From the NCBI GenBank assembly GCA_050287085.1, contig JBNKBE010000001.1:224001-288000 (forward strand): a stretch of 64,000 nt of DNA, in the 5' to 3' direction. Origin of the DNA: Polyangiaceae bacterium. Its GTDB lineage: Bacteria > Myxococcota_A > Polyangia > Polyangiales > Polyangiaceae. The notes beneath the pieces are model-generated. The model ran no database searches and was not told where the DNA came from. It saw only the letters and a list, made by a program, of their open reading frames with translations. Of the stretch, positions 1 to 8,548 are shown piece after piece. The translations under genes were made by a program, and so were the position numbers. Position 1 is the stretch's first letter. The number at the start of each line of letters is the position of its first letter.

Positions 1-2
1 GC

Positions 3-1163
3 ATCGAGGTCGACGACCACCTCAGAACCTCAGATCCGAACGTATTTGCCATTGGTGAGTGCGCCCGCCACGAGAACGTCTGCTATGGCCTGGTCGCACC
101 GGGCTACCACATGGCGGAGGTTCTTCTCGACAACCTCCAGGGAAAGGGCACCAGGTTTAGACAGCTCCGCACGTCTTGCAGACTGAAAGTGAAGACTATC
201 GAGCTCTCAGTCGTGGGTGACAGCTTCCTCGAGGGTCGCGAGGTCGCCAACTACACCCGCGAGCAAGATGACAACTATCGAGCTTTGGTGGTACGCAACG
301 GGCGACTCATCGGAGCCACCGCCATTGGCGAGTGGTCAAGTTTTGCCGCAGTTCAGACCGCGGTGGGACGTCAACAGCGCTTGGGCGACCGGGCGGCGCG
401 ACGCTTCGAACAGGGAGTAGAACTGTGGAGAGCCGCTGCCGCCGATGTATCTGCCTGGCCGGATGACGCCATTGTGTGCTCCTGCACAGGCGTGACGTGC
501 GGAATGTTGCGAACAGCCAAAAAGAGCGGCTGCACCACGGGCGCAGCGCTGAGCGAGCGCACCGGAGCTGCCACGGTGTGCGGGACCTGCGCGCCCCTGC
601 TGACTTCGCTTTCGGAGGGCGTCCCCGCGCAGGTCGCAACCAGGAGTCGAGCGCTGCTACCCCTCGCCGGGATTGCTGTCGTCCTTGCGCTCGTCGTCCT
701 GGCGGCCCCGCCCATGCCTTTCGTCGATACGACGCTCGGAGGTGTTCATCTCGACGCGCTTTGGCGTACCACTGAGTTGCGCCAATTGACCGGCTTCGTT
801 GTCCTCGGACTTGCCATTTGTCTGGGAGCGCTATCGATCCGCAAACGCGTCAAGCGAGTTAGACTCGGTTCTTTCGAGGGCTGGCGCACGGTCCACTTTG
901 CCGTGGGCGCCCTTGCGATGATTGCCGTCGCTACACACACTGGCCTTCACCTAGGCCACAACCTCGATCAGGTGCTGCTCTTGGTCTTCGTCAGCGCCGG
1001 AGCGCTCGGCGGCGTCGCTGGAGGCGTCCTTGCGCTGGAAAGACGCCTCACTCCTGAGCATGGCGCGGCCCTGCGCCGGACTTACAACGCCATGCATTTC
1101 GCATTGACCTGGCCTCTGCCCGTCTTGCTGCTGGTGCACATAGTGAAGGTCTACTTCTTCTAA
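3..1163 (+). CDS. 5'-truncated NirB-like FAD/NAD(P)H oxidoreductase with BFD-like [2Fe-2S] domain and C-terminal His-rich membrane (cytochrome b-like) domain
   Basis: Frame is open from the window edge: IEVDDHLRTSDPNVFAIGECARH...YGLVAPGY is the NirB-type second FAD-binding motif; CSC...CGTC is a BFD-like 2Fe-2S motif; about 5 hydrophobic helices with His pairs (TVHF/ATHT, AMHF/LVHI); no siroheme domain. Confidence 0.8.
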   Translation: MEVDDHLRTSDPNVFAIGECARHENVCYGLVAPGYHMAEVLLDNLQGKGTRFRQLRTSCRLKVKTIELSVVGDSFLEGREVANYTREQDDNYRALVVRNGRLIGATAIGEWSSFAAVQTAVGRQQRLGDRAARRFEQGVELWRAAAADVSAWPDDAIVCSCTGVTCGMLRTAKKSGCTTGAALSERTGAATVCGTCAPLLTSLSEGVPAQVATRSRALLPLAGIAVVLALVVLAAPPMPFVDTTLGGVHLDALWRTTELRQLTGFVVLGLAICLGALSIRKRVKRVRLGSFEGWRTVHFAVGALAMIAVATHTGLHLGHNLDQVLLLVFVSAGALGGVAGGVLALERRLTPEHGAALRRTYNAMHFALTWPLPVLLLVHIVKVYFF

Positions 1164-2452
1164 TGATGGCGCGCGCAGTCTGGCTCTGGCTCGCCGCAAG
1201 CGCCCTCGGAATCGGCTGGTTCTTGATCGCTCTATTGGGTCCATCCAAAGTTCAGAAGGCGGCCTTCTTGCCGGGCAAGACGACCCACGGACACTATCAG
1301 ATCGAACTCAGCTGCGATGCCTGCCACACACGCGCGTTCGGCGGGACTGAAGCGTTGGATGAAGGCTGTCGCAGCTGTCACGCCGCTGAGCTCCAGGAAG
1401 CCAAAGACTCGCACCCTACTTCCAAGTTCACCGATCCGCGTAACGCAGCCCGCGTCGCCATCTTGGACGCGCGCAGCTGCGTCGCCTGCCACAAGGAGCA
1501 CCAGCCAGAGCAAACCCACAGCATGGGACTGACTTTGCCGGAGGACTACTGCTTCAAGTGCCATGAGGACGTAGGCAAGGAACGACCAACTCACCAAGGG
1601 CTCGACTTCGCCACCTGCGCAAGTGGCGGATGTCACAACTTCCACGACAACCGCGCTCTATACGAAGACTTTCTTCTCGACCATGCCAGAGAGCCGGTGA
1701 ACAAGGACGACGGAAGGATGCCCGCAAGCACCGTAAGGCCGGTGAACTCCCTGTCCACCCCTGACCTCGTGTCACTGGCGGACAAGCTTGACGTCGAACA
1801 GCTTTCGGCCCTGAAGAGCACGGCACACGGTAGAAGTCCGCTGAACTGCAGCAGCTGCCACGAAAGTCGCGACGCGTCCGCGAAGGTCTCGATCGAGCGG
1901 TGCCGAAGTTGCCATGGTGAAGAAGCCGAAGCCTGGGAACAGAGCCACCATGGCATGAGCTACGCCGCAGGCAACGGACTGCTGCGAACCGGCCAGGCTC
2001 GCTTGCCAATGAAGGCTGGCTCCAATCAGAAAGCCCTGGACTGCAACTCGTGTCACCCGGCTCACGGCAACGACCCAGCCTACGCCTCATTTGAGGCGTG
2101 TATGCACTGTCACGACGATGAGCACTCCAATAGCTACTCGGGCAGCAAGCACTTCAAGACCTTCGAGCAAGCCATAGCCAGAGGCGCCCTGGAGACGGGG
2201 GTGTCCTGCGCAACGTGTCATCTTCCTCGCGTTCGCGGTAGCGGCGCTGGCAGCGTCCTGCACAACCCGAACGCGACTCTGCGCCCCAACGAAAAAATGG
2301 TGAGGCCCGTGTGCCTCAACTGCCACGGTCTTGCGTTCGCGCTCGACGCCCTCGCCGACGACGACTTGGTTCGACGCAACTTTCAGGGCCAGCCGAGTCG
2401 TCACGTCACCAGTATCGAGATGGCGGTCACGCGAGATGAACAGCACCATTGA
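1163..2452 (+). CDS. Multiheme cytochrome c (10 CxxCH plus 1 CX4CH) with N-terminal membrane anchor
   Basis: CDACH, CRSCH, CVACH, CFKCH, CASGGCH, CSSCH, CRSCH, CNSCH, CMHCH, CATCH, CLNCH; hydrophobic N-terminus; TAATG overlap with the upstream gene. Confidence 0.9.
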   Translation: MMARAVWLWLAASALGIGWFLIALLGPSKVQKAAFLPGKTTHGHYQIELSCDACHTRAFGGTEALDEGCRSCHAAELQEAKDSHPTSKFTDPRNAARVAILDARSCVACHKEHQPEQTHSMGLTLPEDYCFKCHEDVGKERPTHQGLDFATCASGGCHNFHDNRALYEDFLLDHAREPVNKDDGRMPASTVRPVNSLSTPDLVSLADKLDVEQLSALKSTAHGRSPLNCSSCHESRDASAKVSIERCRSCHGEEAEAWEQSHHGMSYAAGNGLLRTGQARLPMKAGSNQKALDCNSCHPAHGNDPAYASFEACMHCHDDEHSNSYSGSKHFKTFEQAIARGALETGVSCATCHLPRVRGSGAGSVLHNPNATLRPNEKMVRPVCLNCHGLAFALDALADDDLVRRNFQGQPSRHVTSIEMAVTRDEQHH

Positions 2453-2575
2453 GAACCCCGTAGCGCCTCATTCACCTTCAACCACCAACCCACAGTCGAA
2501 TCGCAGACCTTCTTCGTACGAGCTCTCACTCGGAGCCAACGAACGCGGCCATATACCCACATCAAGGAGCAAACC

Positions 2576-3157
2576 ATGCAACTGTCCAAGTATACACTCG
2601 CAGCGGCCCTCGTCGGCGCCGTTGCAACGGCTGCCTGCGGCAGCAAGAGCAAGTCTGACGGTCCCAGCGCGGGCATATCCCCCCAGGTTATGGCCGATGC
2701 ATTGCACGCCGTCATGGCGTCCGATCGAACCGTCTACACCAAGAAGGTGGTCAACCGACTTGCCGTGCAAGAGAAGGTCATCAAGGCGAGCGAGCATTGG
2801 GAAGACGAAAAGACGCTACCGCTCCCTGCCCAGATGTTTCGGATGGGCGCGGAAATGGTCTCCGCCAAGAACTTAGGCTTCAGCTACGCTCTGCTTTCGG
2901 AGTGGCCCATCAACAAGCAAAACAATCCAAAGACTGACATCGAGATAAAAGGCCTTCGCTATGTCGCAGAAAACAAGGGCAAGAACTTCTACGGCGAAGA
3001 GGAGCTCGGGGGGCAGAAATACTTCACTGCCGTGTATGCGGACACCGGCGTCGCCGAAGCTTGTATCGGCTGTCACAATGGCCACAAGGACTCCCCCAAG
3101 ACGGACTTCAAGCTCGGCGACGTGATGGGTGGGGTGGTGCTCCGCATTCCAATCTAG
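2576..3157 (+). CDS. DUF3365/Tll0287-like monoheme c-type lipoprotein
   Basis: AAGGAG RBS; lipobox-like TAAC; LPLPAQMFR, PINKQNNP and CIGCHN...FKLGDVMGG motifs typical of DUF3365. Confidence 0.85.
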   Translation: MQLSKYTLAAALVGAVATAACGSKSKSDGPSAGISPQVMADALHAVMASDRTVYTKKVVNRLAVQEKVIKASEHWEDEKTLPLPAQMFRMGAEMVSAKNLGFSYALLSEWPINKQNNPKTDIEIKGLRYVAENKGKNFYGEEELGGQKYFTAVYADTGVAEACIGCHNGHKDSPKTDFKLGDVMGGVVLRIPI

Positions 3158-3339
3158 CGCCCCACACCGCGGTCCACGCGTGGCGTCCGGAGCGCCACGC
3201 GAAGCCGTCCGCAACCCTCCATGGGCGTTGGGTCATTGACGACGCAGCCTCACCCGCCTACCCTACCGGTAGGTCTTTCGGCTCTGGTCGTCCCCTGCTA
3301 GCTGGAAGGATTCTGAGCTCCTTCCTCAAACTGTCCCCC

Positions 3340-3366
3340 TCAAGTTCATGAGGCTGCGACCGTACA
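3340..3366 (+). promoter_or_regulatory. Putative sigma-28 (FliA)-type promoter of cheX-cheY
   Basis: TCAA-N15-ACCGTACA ending 21 nt before the cheX ATG; compare consensus TAAA-N15-GCCGATAA. Confidence 0.5.
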
Positions 3367-3387
3367 GCACCTACAGGACTTGAGGCC

Positions 3388-3924
3388 ATGGTGGAACCGC
3401 CCGCTGAGCGACAGGATGAGCTGACCGCGCTAGACGAAGTCGTAGTCGATGCGACGAGGGGGCTTTTTGGCGCCTATGGCCTCGACATATGTGGCAACCG
3501 CTTCGCCCAAAGCGGGTGGCGAGGACCGGATGGGTCCTCCGCGAGCGTTGTTGGATTCACCAGCCCAGACTTCTCCGGGTCGCTGGTGATCGGCACCACG
3601 CTGGATATCGTTCGAGAGACCTCACCTGAGGCGTCCTCTCTACATGATTGGATGGGTGAACTCGCCAACCAACTCCTGGGACGAATCAAGAATCGGCTTC
3701 TCCGCTACGGTGTTGCGCTCGATATGGCGATTCCCGTCGTCATCATGGGTATAGAGCTACGCACGCCAGTAGTAGAAGGCCGACATGTCCTGGACTACGG
3801 CTTTGATTCAAAACTGGGAAAGATCGTAGTTCGCGTCGACTTGACGCCGACGTGGCGGCTTCACCCACCGTGTGACGGTGAGGACACCACAACGGCGGAA
3901 GAGGGAGAGCTGCTGCTCTTCTAA
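3388..3924 (+). CDS. cheX: CheX-family chemotaxis phosphatase
   Basis: SVVGFT..FSGSLVI and DWMGELANQLLG (ExxN motif), IPVVIMG. Confidence 0.85.
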   Translation: MVEPPAERQDELTALDEVVVDATRGLFGAYGLDICGNRFAQSGWRGPDGSSASVVGFTSPDFSGSLVIGTTLDIVRETSPEASSLHDWMGELANQLLGRIKNRLLRYGVALDMAIPVVIMGIELRTPVVEGRHVLDYGFDSKLGKIVVRVDLTPTWRLHPPCDGEDTTTAEEGELLLF

Positions 3925-3973
3925 ACATCAGGGATTGGTTCGCATAACAAGCTAGAACAGTAAGGAATTCGCA

Positions 3974-4342
3974 ATGAGCAAGAGAGTGCTGGTAGTCGAC
4001 GACTCCGCTACCATTCGTCAGCAAGTGCGCCTGGCGCTCGAGGGGGCAGCATTCGAGGTATTCGAGGCCGTGGACGGCATCGACGGTGTGAACAAGATCA
4101 ACGATCTTTCCGATCTGTCCGCCGTGATCTGTGACGTCAATATGCCCGGAAAGAGCGGTCTGGAGCTCTTGGAAACCGTGAAGGCGGAGGCCAAGAACGC
4201 CGACCTGCCGATCGTTATGTTGACGACAGAAGGTCAGCCAACGCTAGTTCAACGAGCCAAAAAAGCTGGAGCAAAAGGGTGGATAATCAAGCCGTTCAAA
4301 GCTGAGCTGCTGGTGGCGGCCCTCAAGAAGCTCACTGCGTAA
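3974..4342 (+). CDS. Single-domain CheY-like response regulator
   Basis: VLVVDDS, ICDVNMP, MLTTE, GAKGWIIKPF; AAGGA RBS. Confidence 0.92.
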   Translation: MSKRVLVVDDSATIRQQVRLALEGAAFEVFEAVDGIDGVNKINDLSDLSAVICDVNMPGKSGLELLETVKAEAKNADLPIVMLTTEGQPTLVQRAKKAGAKGWIIKPFKAELLVAALKKLTA

Positions 4343-4349
4343 ACAACGT

Positions 4350-4380
4350 CTGGGGCTGGGCGAGCCAAGCCTAGCCCCAG
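4350..4380. terminator. Stem-loop between the convergent cheX-cheY and cheA-cheB-pilZ units
   Basis: CTGGGGCTGGGC-N7-GCCTAGCCCCAG 12-bp stem just after the cheY stop; no clear U-tract. Confidence 0.4.
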
Positions 4381-4459
4381 CGAAGAAGGGTCGGGTGGAT
4401 ACCGCCCATCACGGCCCACGCAAGAAGGGCATGAGCGCCCGACGCTCCCAGGCATTGAC

Positions 4460-4945
4460 TCAGCCCGCGGAGGGAGTGAGCGAAGGGGCGCGGCACCAAT
4501 GCCCAAGACCATGCAGTAGCGCGCGTTGTTCCTGGCTCGTTTCATCAAAGTGGAAAGCCAATGTGGCCACACCACGGCGAAGCTCAATGAGTCTTACCAG
4601 CGTGGCGGAGAGCTCTAGTTGACGCTCCTCACCGTCGTGTCTGGCCCGCAGCCAGAAAGTCAGGTGGCAAGCCTCGACCAGCTCCAGCTGGTTGTGTTGA
4701 GCGAGATCAACCACGATACCGCTCTCAGAGACCTCGCGCACGAGCACGCTTTCTTCAACCTGTTCTCCCCGATGCTCCCGAACTATCTTGGCGATAACAC
4801 GCTGCGGATGCCGCGTCGCACGCGGGGGTCGTAGCTCGTCGATAAGCGCGGAGAGCTCAGCCCGCTCGGCGCCTTTGAGGCGCCCCAGATGCGGATACCG
4901 CTTCTTGTCCAACGTATAGTGCCCGTGGTCATCATCACTTGTCAT
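4460..4945 (-). CDS. PilZ-like domain protein (degenerate c-di-GMP motifs)
   Basis: PRATRH...REVSESG...LAFHFDETS pattern resembles PilZ RxxxR / DxSxxG; ATGA overlap with the cheB-like gene. Confidence 0.6.
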   Translation of the reverse strand: MTSDDDHGHYTLDKKRYPHLGRLKGAERAELSALIDELRPPRATRHPQRVIAKIVREHRGEQVEESVLVREVSESGIVVDLAQHNQLELVEACHLTFWLRARHDGEERQLELSATLVRLIELRRGVATLAFHFDETSQEQRALLHGLGHWCRAPSLTPSAG

Positions 4946-5952
4946 CGCTTGATGTTCTCCTGATGACTGGCGATCTGCGCGTCGATATACGCGGCCAGGT
5001 GGTCCAGTGGGAATACCCGCGGCCCTCCCCCCGTGTCGATCACACTCTGAGGCATAGCCCCCACCTCAGACGAGGCAGGGTCTTGCACCGCGAGGGTGCC
5101 GCCAGCTGCCGTGAATCGAAGTGCCCCCTCAGCGCCGTCACAACCGATACCCGTGAAAATCACTGCCGTGGCGGTCTTGGCCACTGCCGTCGCAGACTTG
5201 AGCAATGGGTCCGCTGACGGCCTCACGTGATTCACCTCGGGCTCGTCAGTCAGCAGAAAGGACTGACCGCTTTCAGCGATCCGCAAGTGATGACCTCCTG
5301 GGGCCAGGTATACGAGCCCAGCCTCCACTCGACTGCCATGTTCTGCCAGGCAGACTGTCACCTCCAAGCGCCCCTGCAATCTATGGCTAAACGTCTCAAC
5401 CATCCACGCCGGACCATGCTGCAATATCACGCAGCAGCAGCTGGCAAGCCACTTGGTTCGGGCGAGCACTTTCTGAATGGCCATGGGGCCTCCCGTCCCG
5501 GCCACCAGCAGGACGATGGGACAGTTTGTCTCCGCTTGTTGCCGTGGCGATAGAGTGCTGGGAGGCGTCAGCTCCAGAGGATGATGGTTCGAACGGGCAA
5601 GCGCGCGCTCGATACAGCGCCCCAATTCGTCGGCTCTCACCGGCTTTGCTAGATACTCATCCGCCCCTGCGTCCAAAGCCTGACTTCGCGCCTGGTCAGA
5701 AGCTGTGGCAGTCAGAATGACCATTGGCGGAGCTGGTCTGAGCACTTTGCGTAGCTCGGCTATCAACACCAGCCCGTCCATATTGGGCATCATCCAGTCG
5801 GTAAGAACCAGGTCGAACGGGCCCTGCGACTGACAGGTCGCTAGAGCCTCGATGCCATCGCGAGTGCGGACGTATTCATGGCCGAGCTTCTTGAGCATTC
5901 TGCCGATGAGCAGAGCGTTCGTGTCGTCGTCTTCAGCAACTAGGATGCGCAT
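4942..5952 (-). CDS. cheB: REC-CheB methylesterase-like protein, catalytic Ser replaced by Gly
   Basis: Intact REC (EDD, DWMMP, AKP); CheB core motifs QH, YLAPGGHH, RPSADPLL, TGIGCDGA, VQDPAS, MPQS; VAGTGG in place of GASTGG. Confidence 0.8.
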   Translation of the reverse strand: MRILVAEDDDTNALLIGRMLKKLGHEYVRTRDGIEALATCQSQGPFDLVLTDWMMPNMDGLVLIAELRKVLRPAPPMVILTATASDQARSQALDAGADEYLAKPVRADELGRCIERALARSNHHPLELTPPSTLSPRQQAETNCPIVLLVAGTGGPMAIQKVLARTKWLASCCCVILQHGPAWMVETFSHRLQGRLEVTVCLAEHGSRVEAGLVYLAPGGHHLRIAESGQSFLLTDEPEVNHVRPSADPLLKSATAVAKTATAVIFTGIGCDGAEGALRFTAAGGTLAVQDPASSEVGAMPQSVIDTGGGPRVFPLDHLAAYIDAQIASHQENIKR

Positions 5953-7727
5953 CGTTCTCGACCTGTCTCATTCTCACACGCAAGTGAAACACGATCCCGG
6001 TTAACAAGGGCCAAACCCGGCTTCAGGAACTCATCGATGCGGATCTTGAAGCCCACCTTTCCATCACCCATCACAGCAACGTCCGTGGGGCGGTCCTTCA
6101 CGCACGCATCGTAGGTTAGTGATTGGCACAGCGCCTTTCTGCGTCCGAGCACTTCATCGACAACCAAGATCGCCATGTTTCCTTTGCGGTCTTCGAGCAA
6201 GACGCCGATCGTTGTCGGGGATTGGAGACGTCGAACGTCAGCGCGACCCGGCAGGTGACAGACACGATACGCGCGGCCTTCATACATGGCGCTGACGACT
6301 CCGGCCGGGTCGCAGACGATGCCGAGCTCCGTGCGAGCAACGAAGCGGTGCACATTGCGCAAGGGTAGTAGGAAGATGGATTCGCCCGAACGAACGGCGA
6401 GGCCGTCGACCACCGGTGAGCCCAACTTCGGCACCTGCAAGGTGAACGCGGACCCTTCACCGAGCTCTGTCTGAGTAGCGACGGTACCGCCAGCGCCAAC
6501 GATGTGCTGCTTGACCACGTCCATGCCAACGCCGCGCCCAGACAGCTCTGATACTTGCAGCGCCGTCGAAAACCCTGGAGCAAAGATGTACTCGAGGACT
6601 TCGTCCTTCGACAACGTGGCCGCCGCCCGCTCGTCGAGCAATCGCTTGTCGACAACCTTGCGGCGAACACGCTCAGGGTCAATGCCCCGGCCATCGTCTC
6701 TAAGCGTTACCACGACCATGTCGTCGGTATCTTCGAAAGAGAGGTCCACGCGGGCGCGCTGCGCTTTCGACGTCTTCGAGCGTTCCTCTGGCGTCTCGAT
6801 ACCGTGGTCGGCGGCATTCCGAACCATGTGCATCAACGGATCCTTCAAGATCTGGACGACGTTCTTGTCGATCCGCAGATCCCGCCCCTGGATCACCAAC
6901 TCGATCGCCTTGCCAGTCTTTCGACAAATGTCCCGCAGACTTCGCTCCAGCGGCCCCACGAGCTGAGAAACCGGAACGCGTTGGATGTCGAGCAGCTGCT
7001 CGTAGAGCTTCTCTATCGCAGTGTCAAACTCGCGCGATAGTTGAGTGAGACCGCCCCATCGTTCAGCCTCCTCATGCGTGCTGTTCACCAGATCGCGAGC
7101 CCCCTGATGGACGAAGAACTTGAGTCTCTCATCGATCTGAAACAGCTCGCCGGCGACCTTCATCGAATCGACTATGCATTGGGCGTCGACCCGCAGCTTC
7201 TGACCTGCGCCGCCCCCGCCGTCGGAAGACGCACCCACCTCCGGGCTCACTGGCCCACTAGCTGGGCCGCTGTCGGTGAACACGGGCACTGGTTCTGCAC
7301 CAGCGGTCTGCGTCGGCCCGACGAGCCGTTCAAGCACCTGGAGGCATTCCCCAAGCTGGTCGGAAATGGTCTGCATTTCCAAGCCCGTATCCGTCGACTC
7401 GATCAGCGGGTGCAGTAGATCCACAGCTTCGATCAGCTGCCGCGCCTCGAGCTCCGTAAGAGCGCGCCCGGCTTCGCGCACAACGTCGAGCGCACTCTCA
7501 ATCCGGTGTGCGAAGTTGCTGACGGAGGTGCGCCCCGCCATCGCCGCATTGCCCTTGATGGAATGAAAGCAGCGAAATAGCGAAGCGACGACCTCGGTCC
7601 CCTGGCCCTCGCCGTGTCCAATGGCCCTCAGCGTCCACAAGGCGCTCTCCAAGCTCTCCAGAGCTTCTGCTAGGACCACCTCTATCAGGTCGGCATCAAG
7701 CTCAGTATCGGCATCGTCCGTCGTCAT
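5940..7727 (-). CDS. cheA: Chemotaxis histidine kinase CheA (Hpt, dimerisation, HATPase, CheW-like)
   Basis: FHSIKG; HMVRNAADHGIE; DDGRGID; IFAPGFST; SGRGVGMDVV. Confidence 0.93.
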   Translation of the reverse strand: MTTDDADTELDADLIEVVLAEALESLESALWTLRAIGHGEGQGTEVVASLFRCFHSIKGNAAMAGRTSVSNFAHRIESALDVVREAGRALTELEARQLIEAVDLLHPLIESTDTGLEMQTISDQLGECLQVLERLVGPTQTAGAEPVPVFTDSGPASGPVSPEVGASSDGGGGAGQKLRVDAQCIVDSMKVAGELFQIDERLKFFVHQGARDLVNSTHEEAERWGGLTQLSREFDTAIEKLYEQLLDIQRVPVSQLVGPLERSLRDICRKTGKAIELVIQGRDLRIDKNVVQILKDPLMHMVRNAADHGIETPEERSKTSKAQRARVDLSFEDTDDMVVVTLRDDGRGIDPERVRRKVVDKRLLDERAAATLSKDEVLEYIFAPGFSTALQVSELSGRGVGMDVVKQHIVGAGGTVATQTELGEGSAFTLQVPKLGSPVVDGLAVRSGESIFLLPLRNVHRFVARTELGIVCDPAGVVSAMYEGRAYRVCHLPGRADVRRLQSPTTIGVLLEDRKGNMAILVVDEVLGRRKALCQSLTYDACVKDRPTDVAVMGDGKVGFKIRIDEFLKPGLALVNRDRVSLACENETGRERCAS

Positions 7728-7757
7728 CCGTTGCGGTAACTCCCTGGCCCCATGTCA

Positions 7758-7784
7758 CAAACGGCAGCGTCGCCCGTTTCGTTA
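7758..7784 (-). promoter_or_regulatory. Putative sigma-28-type promoter of the cheA operon
   Basis: Minus strand TAAC-N15-GCCGTTTG ending 30 nt before the cheA ATG. Confidence 0.55.
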
Positions 7785-7935
7785 GCCCATGGGTCCCCCC
7801 TCAGACAGTCGGCCCCAGCGACCTAGCGGGACGCTGTCGACAAGCCCGCGCTCGGTCCAAGCTCTGCTCTGAGGTGCGGGCAGCGAGGGCAACGGTTCAG
7901 TCGGGACCGGGATTTTCATCCCCGGTCGGCGCGCT

Positions 7936-8403
7936 CTAGCGGAGTAGGACACTCCGGGCCTCATTCAACTGCCGGGCAAGAAATACCGATCCCCCGGGCT
8001 TGTCGGGGTGTACCGCGGCAATGAGACGCTTGTAGGAGGCGACGATATCGTCCCGAGAAGCCCCTTCCGCCAAGCCAAGCACCTCGAATGCCCGCTCGCG
8101 GGTCATCGCCGAATGTCGGCCATGCTGCGGTTCGCGCGGCGGCGACTGACCAAAACCCCCAGCCTGCCTGGCAACCAGAGCGGGCCATGCGCGGCGCAGG
8201 AGCGGCAGCAGCGCCGCCCCCAAGAGGCCTCCCCAATAGCCCCATTGGCGAGCCAGGAGCAGGCTGACTCCGAGGACGACGACAACTGGCCAAAGACTAT
8301 TCTTCTGGGCAGAAGGCGCGCGAGCGCCTTTGGCGGGGGTTGCGAAGGACAACGCCAACACGACAAGGAGCACGAGCAGAAGCGCCATCACCCCGCTGAG
8401 CAT
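7936..8403 (-). CDS. Membrane protein with C-terminal DnaJ (J) domain
   Basis: N-terminal TM segments; MTRERAFEVLGL...HPDKPGGS..LARQLNEARSVLL; start codon uncertain. Confidence 0.8.
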   Translation of the reverse strand: MLSGVMALLLVLLVVLALSFATPAKGARAPSAQKNSLWPVVVVLGVSLLLARQWGYWGGLLGAALLPLLRRAWPALVARQAGGFGQSPPREPQHGRHSAMTRERAFEVLGLAEGASRDDIVASYKRLIAAVHPDKPGGSVFLARQLNEARSVLLR

Positions 8404-8548
8404 AGTGGGCCGACCGCACAACACCAGTCCCCCCTGCGTGAAGCGAGTTCGCGCACCGCGGCCGACGGCTCCCCCGATGAACCGCACGCGGGCGCGCCCG
8501 GCACGACCGACTGTTGCGAGGCCGGGGGCACGGCGCTAGGGTCGCGCC

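Noticed and set aside
3..2452. Calling these genes nirB and nrfA
   Set aside because: No siroheme domain in the first and no CxxCK in the second.
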